The position numbers and the translations under genes were made by a program. A stretch of DNA of 63,806 nt, counting the filler, from Octopus bimaculoides (taxonomy: Eukaryota), in the NCBI RefSeq assembly GCF_001194135.2. It is 8 parts of 8 records of this genome, joined end to end, with 100 filler letters (N's around TTAATTAATTAA, not from the genome) between each part and the next. Parts side by side here need not be neighbours in the genome. Positions count along the whole stretch, not along the records: positions 10,944 to 35,029 come from NC_068982.1; 7 more parts are not named here. One strand, written 5' to 3'. Shown one piece after another: positions 13,341 through 24,863 of this stretch. Numbering within the stretch: position 1 is the stretch's first letter; each line of letters begins with the position of its first letter. The notes under the pieces are model-generated. The model was not told where the DNA came from and searched no databases. It saw only the letters and a program-made list of their open reading frames with translations.

Positions 13341-13650
13341 TCAGCATTTTCAAATTTATAATCTAGAATTTTCTGAAGAAGGAAATGAATTTTATACCAT
13401 TCTAATCCCGAAAAGCGTACATGATTAACTAAGGCTGGTTGGTTTCGTTATTTTTTCTTCTTTTTTGCCTATGTGAATTACGAGTATTGCTATCTGTGGA
13501 GACATATCGTAGTAGAAGAATTAGTATTTTAACTGCTGTTTCTAAATTTCGGTCTGTGGTGAAGAAACTTTTGCTGATCCTTTAATTATGTTTATAATTA
13601 TAGAAAAAACTTTTTGTATAAGTTTTTACCGATAATGGTTTTTTATCCAT

Positions 13651-13792
13651 ACCGAACTAAATGGTAAAAGCGACCAATACAATAAGCATTACTAGGCTTT
13701 AAAATAATCCAGGGGTCGATTTGTTAGACTAAAACCTTCCAGCATTGCCGCAGTCATATGACTGAAACAAGTAAAAAAAAAATAAAAGAATA
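13651..13792 (+). mobile_element. SINE family B, 3' fragment
   Basis: ggggtcgatttgttagact...ccagcattgccgcagtcatatgactgaaacaagtaaaa. Confidence 0.85.
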
Positions 13793-14209
13793 TACATCCA
13801 TCTACACATACACATCTCTGTGTTTGTACGATTTTCCTTTGCTATCATTGTGTGCTACTCTATATAAAACTAAGTCCCTTGGCGACTGGAGACAAGATTA
13901 TGCAGTTGTGCTTATGATGGATACTGAGCCAGAAGCATGTTCTTTTCCTTAATAGCATGTCAACTTTGATTATCTCCCCTTCCTGTGTAGACCTGTCATC
14001 GTCGTTTGGTGGTTATGATACACTTGCAGAGGAGACGATAGTTTTGATAACGAAGAATTTATATTGTATAGTATTCAATATACCTGTATTTGTGTATGTT
14101 GTTCAAAACATGCCGCTGGCCATCCTGAGTTATTTTTCTTAGATCACTTTAATTTACTTGAAATCCCACAGGCGTGACACAGAGTAGCAAAAGACTGACT
14201 AGACTTAAA

Positions 14210-14231
14210 TATATGTATGCATGTATGTATG

Positions 14232-14264
<33 letters not shown>

Positions 14265-14480
14265 GTGTGTGTATGTATTTATGTATGTATGTTTATGTGT
14301 ATGTATGTATTATGTATGTATCTATGTGTGTATGTATATGTGTATGTATGGATAGATGTGTGTGCATGTATATGTGTGTGCGTGTGTGTGTGCGTGTATG
14401 TATGTGTGTATTTATGTATGTATGAAGGCATGCATATATACATACACAAACACACGCACACATATACGCATATACACATA
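14210..14480. repeat. Degenerate (TATG)/(TG)/(CA) microsatellite
   Basis: Direct reading. Confidence 0.9.
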
Positions 14481-14655
14481 TAGAGAGGACCACATTGGAC
14501 TACATTCGTTGAATGTGTTTAATTTTAAGACTGCAGAGTGCGATTTGAAATTTGGCTACTCTTTTCGCAGATCGAGCAATCACATTGAGGCTTCCCTCGT
14601 TGCTGTTGTTATAGCTGGTTTAAATCTTGGTGGATATGCACAAGTAACTATAAGG

Positions 14656-14784
14656 TTGGTTTCAAATTTTGGCACAAGGCCAGCAAATTTATCGAAAGGG
14701 GTAATTTGAATTAAGAACGTAAAGGTGGACGAAATGGCGCTAAGTATTTTGTCCGGCGTGCTAACAGTTGTGCCAGCTCACCGC
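14656..14784 (-). mobile_element. SINE family A, internally deleted copy
   Basis: 3' end ggtttcaaattttggcacaaggccagc joined to head tttgaattaagaacgtaaag...gctaacagttgtgccagctcaccgc. Confidence 0.85.
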
Positions 14785-14800
14785 TTTAAGGAAATGTTAA

Positions 14801-15005
14801 TACTGGTTTCAAATTTTGGCTCCAGGCCAGCACTTTCGGGAGAGGACCCAAGTCGATTTGATCGACCACAGTGCTCAACTGGTACTTATTTTATTTTATA
14901 TGAAAGGCAAAGCTGACCCCGGAGGGATTTGAACTCAGAACGGAAAAACGAACGAAATGCCGCTAAGCATTTTGTCCAGCGTGCTAACGTTTCTGCCGAC
15001 TCACC
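14801..15005 (-). mobile_element. SINE family A, near full length
   Basis: Reverse complement of the family from 3' tail to head (gctaacgtttctgccgactcacc). Confidence 0.9.
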
Positions 15006-15060
15006 AGAAATATTGACTGTAAGAGAAAAGAACAAAGAAATATTGATTGTAACAGAAAAA

Positions 15061-15273
15061 GTGGCGAGCTGGCAGAATTGTTAGCACGCCGGGAAAAATG
15101 CTTAGCGGCATTTCGCCCGTCTTTGCGTTCTGAGTTCAAATTCTACCGGTCGACTTTGCTTTCATCCTTTTGGAGTCAATGAAATAAGTACCAGTTCAGG
15201 ACTAGGGATCGGTGTCATCAACTTACCCCTCCTTCAAACTCGCTGGCCTTGTGCCAAAAAATCTGAAGCCATT
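15061..15273 (+). mobile_element. SINE family A, near full length
   Basis: gtggcgagctggcagaattgttagcacgccggg...gagttcaaatt...gctggccttgtgccaaaa. Confidence 0.93.
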
Positions 15274-15339
15274 CTTGAGAGTGACTTTGGCGCTATTGAA
15301 GTTGGTGGTGATATTGAAAGTATTGGTTATCGTCATCGT

Positions 15340-15340
15340 T

Positions 15341-15419
<79 letters not shown>

Positions 15420-15664
15420 CAGCAGCAGTAGTAGTAGTGATTGTAGTGGAGAGATGCTGAAAATGGTCTCAATGGTCTTGAAAGACGTGTTGGCTGTTGG
15501 TGTTGAAAGCAATATCTATAGCAGTGGCGGTGTTGGTAGTGGTGAAAGCACTAGTGGTAAAAGTAGCGATAGCTGAAGTGGTAGTGATGATATCCTTTGT
15601 GGTGGTGGTGGTGGTTTTGCTAATGGTTTCTGACAGTTGTAGTGGTCGTAATGGTTATTGCAGG

Positions 15665-15746
<82 letters not shown>

Positions 15747-15750
15747 CATC
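15340..15750. repeat. (GCA)n(GTA)n, GGT-rich and (TCTA)n microsatellites
   Basis: Direct reading. Confidence 0.9.
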
Positions 15751-16084
15751 TGTCTATCTGTGTGTGTCTGTGTCTGTGTGTGTACTTATATAAAAGCTGT
15801 GATGGTGGTCGTGTTGCGGAGTCGGTGATGGTGATAAGCAGTGTGGTGTTGAGCTGTCCAAGCCAAGCCGTCTGACGAGGCTATCTATGTAATAGCGTAA
15901 AGTTAATACAAGAAGAACAAGAGAATGTGAGGCGGGACAGGGCAGAAATCATCTGAGGAGATTCACTGAGTGAATTAAGCTCATTACATTGACAATACTT
16001 CTTGAAATCACTAAGAACATAGAGAAGATACGCGATAAATACCTACAGCGATTGAATCAATATATTTCCTTTCGTACCTGAATA

Positions 16085-16569
16085 AGTTTTACGGTAATGG
16101 CGGTGTGCTGGTGGTGGTGGTGGTGGTAGTGATGATGGTGGAGGCGTTAGTGATGGTGGAGGCGATAGTGGTGGTGGTAAAGGCGATGCACTGGTGGTAG
16201 TGGTGGTGGTGGTGATATTGACGATGATGATGGCGATGGTGGTAGTAATGGTAGTAGTGGTGATGGTGATGGTGTTGGTGGAAGCGATGGTGGTGGTGAT
16301 GGTTTTGATGGTATTAGTGAATGTGGCGGTTACAGTGGTAGTGATGGATTGGGTAGTGGTGGTGGTGGTAATGTTTAGAAATTAGGGTAGTAGTAGAGAA
16401 GATTACTGTTTGATGGTGGTGGTGGCGGTGGCAGTGTAGTGTTTGACGGTTGGGTTAATGCACAGGGGTTGTAGTGGTGATGACGTTGATGATGATGATG
16501 ATGATGATGATGGCGGAGGTGGTATTTCCACCACCACCACCACCACCGCCGCCGCCGCCGCCGCCGCTG

Positions 16570-16632
<63 letters not shown>

Positions 16633-17115
16633 NNNNNNNNNNNNNNNNNNNNNNNNNNNNNNNNNNNNNNNNNNNNNNNNNNNNNNNNNNNNNNNNNNNN
16701 NNNNNNNNNNNNNNNNNNNNNNNNNNNNNNNNNNNNNNNNNNNNNNNNNNNNNNNNNNNNNNNNNNNNNNNNNNNNNNNNNNNNNNNNNNNNNNNNNNNN
16801 NNNNNNNNNNNNNNNNNNNNNNNNNNNNNNNNNNNNNNNNNNNNNNNNNNNNNNNNNNNNNNNNNNNNNNNNNNNNNNNNNNNNNNNNNNNNNNNNNNNN
16901 NNNNNNNNNNNNNNNNNNNNNNNNNNNNNNNNNNNNNNNNNNNNNNNNNNNNNNNNNNNNNNNNNNNNNNNNNNNNNNNNNNNNCTACTACTACTACTAC
17001 TACTACTAACGGTGGAACGGTGATGAGAGTGGTGCAAGCAATGATGGTGGTGGTGGTGGTGGCGGCGGCGGTGGTGGTGGTGGTGATGGCGGTGGTTGCG
17101 ATAATGACTGTGGTG
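16085..17115. repeat. Compound trinucleotide low-complexity region (GGT/GAT/GTA; inverted CCA/CCG/CTA core; N-gap 16633-16984)
   Basis: Direct reading. Confidence 0.92.
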
Positions 17116-17610
17116 AAGGTAATGTTTAGATATTTTGTGTTTTGTAGTAAGTGCAAGCAAGTCCAGGATGCTAATCTCCAGGAGATTAGTCTGTGTACCG
17201 GTGAGCTATAATAATACTTGATAATGAAAATGAAAGTAAGGGATGCTAGACAAGCTGAACTTCTTAAATCTGATCTTTCATGGTCGGCACGTTTTTGAAT
17301 TTGCTACCATTAGTTTGTTGATCCTATAGCAAGGTCGGGCTGTTAGTCACCAAACTTTGTTTTCCGCAGCTAAGTGTCTTGGTGATATAGTTCCGCATCT
17401 TTCTGATATGTAGTTGTATTTCAATGCTTCAGAATATCGTCTAAAGTACTGAGAGAAGCGAATAAAGGCGGCAGTGCTAAAACAACGTACGTGCAAACAA
17501 CCATTTTTACTTGAAATGAAATGAAGGAACATCTGTACAGAATTTTCTGCAAGTACGTTTTTAGTATATGTAACAAAATATTTTGTATGCAAGCATTATT
17601 AGTTGTATTA

Positions 17611-17800
17611 CACGCCGGACAAAATGGTTAGCAGCATTTCGTCCGTCCTTATCTCATGAGTTCAAATTCCGCCGAGATCGACTTTGTCTTTCATCGTTTT
17701 GTGGTCGACGACTAAGTACTAGTCGAATACTGGGGTCGATGTAAACGGTTAGCCCCTTCCTCCTAAATTTCAGGCCCTGTGCCTGTTATCGAAAGAACCA
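17611..17800 (+). mobile_element. SINE family A, 5'-truncated
   Basis: cacgccggacaaaatggttagc...gagttcaaattccgccgagatcgactttg...aaatttcaggccctgtgcct. Confidence 0.9.
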
Positions 17801-18250
17801 TGAGTCGTATTACATTCTGTTTTAAGCAATGTTCTAGCTTTAATAGAATGAGATAGTTAAACTCTACTTACAGAATCTGTCACTAAACTTGAGGGTTAGA
17901 TTCTGTTTTTTATCCTTTTCTCGTAATCCGGTGATGGCCAGATCGTAAGGCTGCGGATATAAGGTTTTGAATTGCTTTGCAGTGAAAGTAGATGAGACAA
18001 TCTGAGCTCTGTAATTTTATCACTGTAAAAGTGAAAGTACAAGATACTTGAGGTAATTTAGTTGAAGCGTTTGCAATATTCTGATGTGAGCACAGTTTTC
18101 TGTTCTTAAACTGTGGCTTAATTAGTGCTCTGTAATGATAGAAGGTGCTAGTTTTTTGTTCCAGCTTATTTAGTGGTGATGCAGTGTCTTGGCTTTTACA
18201 GTAGTTATATTGTGCATTGTAGTGATATAAAATACTAGACTTTTGTTTCT

Positions 18251-18480
18251 TATTTTTAACTGCCCACAAGGGGCTAAACATAGAGTGGACAAACAAGGGC
18301 AGACAAAGGGGTTAAGTCGATTACATCGACTCCAGTGTGTAACTGGTATTTATTTAATCGACCCCGAAAGGATGAAAGGCCAAGTCGACCTCGGCGGAAT
18401 TTGAATTCAGAACGTAGCGGCAGACGAAATGCCGCTAAGCATTTCGCCCGGCATGCTAATGTTTCTGCCAGCTCACCGCC
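18251..18480 (-). mobile_element. SINE family A, full length, alternative 3' end, 15-bp TSD
   Basis: Complete head ggcggtgagctggcagaaac (minus); TSD tagacttttgtttct at 18236-18250 and 18481-18495. Confidence 0.95.
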
Positions 18481-18631
18481 TAGACTTTTGTTTCTGCTTA
18501 TGTAGTACTTTGAGGTGAGAGCGAAAACAATTTTGTCTATAACCCGGAGTTATGTAGTGCTTTGGTGAAATATCGTCTCGGCTTCTATTTTAATTCCATT
18601 CACATCTAAGATACATTATAAGAATAAAAAC

Positions 18632-18728
18632 TGATCCCAGTATTTCTATAGTACTCTATTTTATTGGCCTCAGAGGGATGAAATTTAAAGCTGACTGCGC
18701 CTGGATTTGAATTAAGAACGTAAAGGAT
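18632..18728 (-). mobile_element. SINE family A, old decayed fragment
   Basis: gatcccagt...gggatgaaatttaaagctgac...ggatttgaattaagaacgtaaag. Confidence 0.6.
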
Positions 18729-19839
18729 CGTAGTAAATATTATAATTTGAGTTACATAGTGTTTTAAAATAAAGGAAATGTAAAGTACTCATGTTTTTAA
18801 TTACTTTTAGCATGTGTATTTCTTAACGAAGTGAGAACAGTGGACGTTGGTTTAACTCAAACATGTATGATAGATGCTGTTTTGGGAATCCACGACCGAG
18901 CAGACATGATGAAAAGTATTCCGATTGTTATCATCCAATATTTTACATTTTAAACAAATATTGTATGATGTGATTTGAAGAAAATCTGTGTATTTCCTGC
19001 AGGTCAAGCAATCATGTAGAGGCATCTTCATTGTATCACAAATTAGCTTTCTTAGTGTAAAATAGAGGGTAAAAAAGAACTGCGATAAGTAGCAACTAGA
19101 AGTTTTACCCAGACACATAGCGAAAGGCCTGGATTGACCATTCTCTTCTTTCACTGGACTCCTGATTTCTTACATTAGCAATGGGCAACGCATCTTATAA
19201 TATAGAGAAACGATCTGACAGCAGCACAGGATGACGATTATTTCCTCAATGACCCTTGTACTCAGAACATAGAAACAGCAGTAAATGTTGCTATTATATA
19301 CATTATAAATAATATTTATCAAATTCATACCGTTGGCTCGTTTGAATTACACCTTTTAGCTGAATTTATTGTTTAGATTATGCAAATTATACTACCTAAC
19401 CCTTATTTGTAACTCTTTTACTAGATATAAGTCTTTATCAACAGATCATGAAGATGTGCTGACTATACTATGCTAATGGGATCTAACAGGGCGAAAAATA
19501 TCCACACTTATTCCTTAGCTGCAAGCTAAGGTCAAACTTTTATTCTTCCAATATGTTTATTTAAGAGAGTAATTCTTAATTCCTTGAGATTATCTTCCCC
19601 TTTTCTTTGCTAGTCACTAACAATTGTTGATAAGTTGTGTGTTTTTTCTCTCTCGAACTTAAAAAGAAATTTTAAATAATCAAGAATTTTTTGCTCACAG
19701 CATTCAATACATCACCTCTTAACTTTCAAAAAAACGCAGAATATTTAGTTCGTTGTTCTTTAAATTGTGAAAATAGTAACAATATCTTTACATTGATATA
19801 ATGCCAAAAATTGTTCACATTGGCTTTATCTCGTATTCG

Positions 19840-20085
19840 AGAATTTAGTTTCTTTGCCGAACACATCCTTTATGGTGATGGCGTTGATGACTAAATAGAC
19901 CAATTCTTGCATAGAAAAGTCGATGTCACTGACTGCATGGTAATGTTGGTGGCAGACGAGGTTGATTTTGTCAAGCCTTTCTTTCCTGCCGTTTGATTTC
20001 TTCCTTTTCCCTTCTGGTTGCTTCGAAGATTTTGTTTCCGATGGTGATGGAACACTGCCACTTGGCACCGTCTCGAACTGCTTAC
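19840..20085 (-). mobile_element. RTE-clade LINE, C-terminal fragment with C2H2-like finger
   Basis: A minus frame other than the tracked ORF reads AVRDGAKWQCSITIGNKIFEATRREKEEIKRQERKA*QNQPRLPPTLPCSQ*HRLFYARIGLFSHQRHH; matches the typical RTE ending DRxxWRxxI..G...FE..R....KR..RK...C..C.R.F.ARIGL.SH. Confidence 0.8.
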
Positions 20086-20258
20086 AACTGTGAAAAAAAA
20101 TACATACTGTACCCAGTATATTCATGGGACAACCACTCATGACAGAAATGGTAAAGCCAACCCTAGTATTAAACGCGAAAAGATAAAACTAAAATAGTTT
20201 ATAGAATTTAGTCCACCTGTTTACAGTTTCTGCTTCAACTATTAATAAAGCGTCCGAT

Positions 20259-20472
20259 GCGGTGACCTGGCAGAACCGTTTACATGTCGGACAAAATGCT
20301 AAGTGACATTCCGTTCGTCTTTGCGTTCTAAGTTCAAATTCCATTGCAGTCGACTTTGCCTTTCATCCTTTCGAGGTCAATTAAATAAGCACCAGACAAG
20401 TACTAAGACCGATGTAATCGACTTATCTCTCTGCTCAAAAACTGCTGACCTGTGCCAAAAATTGAAACTATT
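20259..20472 (+). mobile_element. SINE family A, decayed near full length
   Basis: gcggtgacctggcagaaccgtt...aagttcaaattcc...gctgacctgtgccaaaaattgaaac; possible TSD tattaataaagc at 20240-20251 and 20472-20483. Confidence 0.88.
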
Positions 20473-20626
20473 ATTAATAAAGCAGTCGGCCAAATTCCTT
20501 GAGGTTTTGAGCAACATATTTATTCGTTCTGTGTTAAAATACCACCAAAGTTGACAGCGCCGTTTTTTTTTCTTCTGGTGCTGATAAAAAAGGCAATAGT
20601 CGCATAAGTTCTTAAGCGACTATACC

Positions 20627-21033
20627 CAGTGGCGTAGCTAGGGTAAACCGCGCCCGGGGCAAGCCGCAAAAATGTGCCCCCCTCCATTACAAAATCCACA
20701 ATATTATATAGTACTTATTTGTTACAAGTAATTAATGTTTTAAAGCAATATTTTACCAGGGTTCATTTACCTGCCGATTCTGTACAGCCTGTAATCCAAG
20801 ATATATTTTTTGAACGTTTACTTTTACGAAACCTCCTTATTTGAACCATTTAAAGCATCAGCCAGCTTCTCCGATTGTAACATTAAAAAACCTAACGTGT
20901 AAAATGCGATGTAATAAAAAAAAAAAACACAATTGTTTAAAGTCTCATCTTTCTTGCTTTTGATGAGACGCCCCCTTTCAATCGGCTTCCGGGGAACGTT
21001 CCTCCTTGTCTCTCCACCACAGTTACGCTACTG
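20627..21033. mobile_element. Non-autonomous hAT element (CAGTGGCGTAG-type), 407 bp
   Basis: TIRs cagtggcgtagct / agttacgctactg (11/13); perfect 8-bp TSD actatacc at 20619-20626 and 21034-21041. Confidence 0.9.
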
Positions 21034-21182
21034 ACTATACCTGCTCCAAACTTTGAATCCTTGTGCCGATACTTGAAATCATTATTATTAAAATCGATAA
21101 ATAAAGCTAGGCACGGAAAATGCCTGGCTTTATATAGCTGCAGCCCTTTAAGTACTGAGCACAAGTCCCAATAAGAATGAAC

Positions 21183-21462
21183 TTTCATTTCATCCTTCCA
21201 GGATCAATAAAATGAGATACCTACCAAATGTTGGGTTAGTATAATATAGAATCCTCGCCACCACTGGATTTTAGGTCTTTATGAGATCTATGTTAAGTTA
21301 GGACTCTTATTTTTTTTGGTGTTGAAATCCTGGAGTTACGACGTCACTATTAATCGTCCCAGAGTCGGGGTCGATAAATAAGTACCTGTGAAACACTAGA
21401 TCGTTAAAGTCGATCACAATACATTCACAAAATCCATGGCCTTATGCCTATGTAGGAAAATA
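21183..21462 (+). mobile_element. Two old SINE-A body fragments
   Basis: tttcatccttccaggatcaataaaat (21186) and ggggtcgataaataagtac...ggccttatgcctat (21368-21462). Confidence 0.55.
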
Positions 21463-21677
21463 TCGCTCCAATTATAATATTGAGATTAAAATCTCGCTGC
21501 TGTCTTCATTTCTTTTCATCTTTCCCGGATAGCTAAAATAAAATACTACTCAATCATACACATATATATAAACATATACATGCATACGCTCTCATATTCA
21601 AATTATATATATGTATGTGCGCTCGTTTCACTGTGTGCGTGTATGTCTGTGTACGCATGCTTATATATTTATGTTTA

Positions 21678-21708
<31 letters not shown>

Positions 21709-21977
21709 GTGTGTGGTGGGATTGTATGGATGTGTAAGCAAACAGTTTATGGACTTGTGGCTATCTCTATTAGAAATCAATAACTGATGTAGGAATACAT
21801 AAAATAAAAGAAACACGTTGCATACAGAGAGAAAAAGAATTAATAAGACGTTGGTGCGGAGGGAGGAGGGAAATATCGGAAAATTGAAAGGAGGAGGAAG
21901 GGGAAGAGACTAGGGAGAGTGAGAGGCAGAGATAGAAATAGATAAATAGATAGATAGATAGAGAGGAAGAGAGGGGG

Positions 21978-22024
<47 letters not shown>

Positions 22025-22315
22025 AAGGAATATAATAGTGTTGGAATGAATACAAAGAACAGGAGGAGGGACTATTAAAGATCTATGGGAAAATGTTGAA
22101 ATAACAATGTCCATGTCAGTTAGCAATTGGTTAAAGAGTGAATGTCTATTATGGTGCCAAAAATAGTTCATTCATAGCTGATAGATTCCATGGCGAGATA
22201 GATATGGTAAATACAGCTTCTATGGGATTAATTATTTTTTATCTCTCACTCACCTCCACAATCATCCCATTTCACTCCTCATCAGTCTCTGCGTGTATGA
22301 GTATATGTTTGTTTG

Positions 22316-22354
<39 letters not shown>

Positions 22355-22380
22355 GTCTGTTTGTCTATCTACATATACTT

Positions 22381-22820
22381 TTTTCAGTCATTACACTACG
22401 GCAAGTCGAAGAAATCGAACCCCGGTACTCACTTCTTTTTTCAAGCCTGGTACTATCGGTCTCTTTTGCCGAACTGCTAATTTACAGGGAGGTAAATACA
22501 CCAACACCGGTTTTCAAGCGGTGATGGGGGTCAAACAAACACCATACACACACACACACACACACGCACACACACACACAAACACACACACACACAGACA
22601 CACACACACACAGACACACACACACACAGACACACACACACACACACACATACACATGCATGACAGGCTTCATTCTCTTTCCGTTCAGTAAATATAATTT
22701 CAACGCTTTTGTCATATGAAGCTGTAGAAGACACCTGCCCAAAGTGTCACTCAGTAGGACTGAACCCAGAACCGTATGCCTGGGAAGCAAACTTCTTACC
22801 ACACAGACACGTCTGTACCT
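22381..22820 (-). mobile_element. SINE family B, full length with internal (CA)n
   Basis: Head (actgaacccagaacc...gcaaacttcttaccacacag), internal microsatellite 22545-22655, 3' module. Confidence 0.88.
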
Positions 22821-23139
22821 GCTCCTCTGTGTGTGTGTGTGTGTGTGTATGTGTGTGTGTGTGTGAATGTGTGTGTGACTGTGTGTGTGCGCACGTGTGT
22901 ATAACTGAAAGAGCATTGAGTTTTGCTAATTAGAGCAATAAATCTATTCTATTAAAGAAAACATTATCAGTGACTATTCCGCCCCTCCCCACCTGAGTTG
23001 CGCAGGTGTTTGGATTCGTCAGAATGCATACAACGTTTTTTACGTAGCTACATATATGTATGCATGCACATAAATGTGCATGTGCGTATGTATGTATGTA
23101 TGTATGGATGGATGGATGGATGTTATTAATTAGTTTTAT

Positions 23140-23305
23140 TTTTAGATTTCTTGCAAATGGAGAAAGAGCAAATTTCTAACCTAGATCTAACCCTCCTTCG
23201 TTGGAATTTACAAAATCAATAGGGTTTTTGTGCAAACATTTGGGATCAGAGTACGTGCAGATCTGTATGTTTTCTTTTATGCATGTCTCAACACGTGCAT
23301 ATGGT
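23140..23305 (-). mobile_element. 3' UTR fragment of the R4/Dong-like LINE family at 12305
   Basis: gagaaagagc..atttctaacctagatc...ttggaattt...tagggt.ttttg and gtgcagatctgtatgtttt match 12305-12460. Confidence 0.75.
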
Positions 23306-23390
23306 AAAAAAAGACAAAAACAAAAGCAGTTGAAGCGACCATGGCTCTTGTTGACCCATGTATGTATCTATTTGCTTTTATATTTTGGTT

Positions 23391-23803
23391 GTTTCAGTCA
23401 TTAGACTGCAGCCATGCTGGGGCACTTGCCTTGAAGGATTTAGCCGAACAAATCAACGCCTGGTATGTCTTGTAACGGTGTCTTTTGTGGAACTGCTAGA
23501 TAATGATGATGTAAAAAAAAAAAGACCAACATTAGTTGTCAAGCAGTGGTGGTGGACAAACGCAAACAAAGGCACTCACATCTAGATATACGCACCCGTC
23601 ATTCACACACACATACACAGACACACACATACACAGACACACACACACACACACTTAAACGGCGGGATTCTTTCAGTTTCTGTCTACTAAATCCACTCAA
23701 AAGGCTCCAGTCGGCTAAAGGCTATAGTAGAAGACAGTCATCCAAGTTGTCACTCAGTGGGACTGAACCCGGAACATCATACCACAAAGCCATGCTTGCG
23801 GCT
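23391..23803 (-). mobile_element. SINE family B, near full length
   Basis: gtttcagtcattagactgcagccatgctgggg...(CA)n...ttcagtttctgtctactaaatccactca...gtgggactgaacccggaac. Confidence 0.88.
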
Positions 23804-24151
23804 ATATGTATGTATGTATGTATGTATGTATTTTTTCCTGTTTTTACCTATTTAAATTCTTCCTCTGTGCAAGGAACTGGTTTCTTACAAAGACACAAAA
23901 CTCTATCATTGGATTGTAGATAACGAAAACTGTCACATTGTAAACCTGAGAAAAGTCTTGCATAGTTTCAAAGTTCCGCTTAGAGACTGTGTTTGTAATG
24001 TGCAAATCAGCTGGTTAATTTCTTTTTCCTAAAACCCAAGCTCATCCAGACTCACAATTAGGGGTTTACTTACAAGGCTTTAGTCGGGCTAGGGCTATGT
24101 ATGTATGTATGTATGTATGTATGTATGTATGTATGTATGTATGCGTGTATG

Positions 24152-24642
24152 GGTGGAGGCACAATGGCCCAGTGGTTAGGGCAGCGGACTCGCGGTCATA
24201 GGATCGCGGTTTCGATTCCCAGACCGGGCGTTGTGAGTGTTTACTNNNNNNNNNNNNNNNNNNNNNNNNNNNNNNNNNNNNNNNNNNNNNNNNNNNNNNN
24301 NNNNNNNNNNNNNNNNNNNNNNNNNNNNNNNNNNNNNNNNNNNNNNNNNNNNNNNNNNNNNNNNNNNNNNNNNNNNNNNNNNNNNNNNNNNNNNNNNNNN
24401 NNNNNNNNNNNNNNNNNNNNNNNNNNNNNNNNNNNNNNNNNNNNNNNNNNNNNNNNNNNNNNNNNNNNNNNNNNNNNNNNNNNNNNNNNNNNNNNNNNNN
24501 NNNNNNNNNNNNNNNNNNNNNNNNNNNNNNNNNNNNNNNNNNNNNNCGTTAATTTCACGAGCAGGCTGTTCCGTTGATCGGATCAACTGGAACTCTCGAC
24601 GTCGTAAGCGACGGAGTGCCAACAACAACAACAACAACAACA
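24152..24642 (+). mobile_element. SINE family C (gap 24246-24546 inside) with (CAA)n tail and 11-bp TSD
   Basis: tRNA-like head with A box tggcccagtgg and B box gtttcgattcc; TSD atgcgtgtatg at 24141-24151 and 24643-24653 inside a (TATG)n array. Confidence 0.88.
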
Positions 24643-24757
24643 ATGCGTGTATGTATGTATGTGTGTATGTATGTATGTATGTATGTATGTATGTGTGTAT
24701 GTATGTATGTATGTATGTATGTATGTATGTATGTCATATCGACTACAGTACTTATTA

Positions 24758-24863
24758 CAGTTTCTGTCCACCATCTTCCCTTGAGAAATCATTACTCGTG
24801 ATCAGATCGAATCCGGAACCACGTGGTTGCCAAGCAAACTTCCTCACCACGTAGCCAACACCT
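24758..24863 (-). mobile_element. SINE family B, decayed head fragment
   Basis: gaatccggaaccacgtggttgccaagcaaacttcctcaccacgtagcca. Confidence 0.7.

Noticed and set aside
15868-15905. CTGACGA-ggctat...atagc-gtaaag hammerhead-like stretch
   Set aside because: GAAA is disrupted, and there is no U16.1-H17 or helix I/III.
17171-17189. 9-bp-arm palindrome ctaatctcc-a-ggagattag (also the 16-bp palindrome at 49382-49397)
   Set aside because: Short, isolated, and plausibly expected by chance in 64 kb.
19826-20140. 104-aa minus ORF with a strong-looking splice acceptor (ttttttttcacag); an alternative frame resembles a dsRNA-binding domain (WQCSITIGNKIFEATRREKEEIK)
   Set aside because: That frame continues into a decayed C..C-R.F.ARIGLFSH finger and matches the RTE LINE C-terminus. 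The dsRBD G-x-G-x-S-K-K-x-A residues are absent, so it is not a host exon.
24152-24240. tRNA-like sequences with A and B boxes (also 30504, 31541, 51569, 15061)
   Set aside because: They are SINE heads continuing into SINE bodies, and they lack a complete acceptor stem; not tRNA genes.
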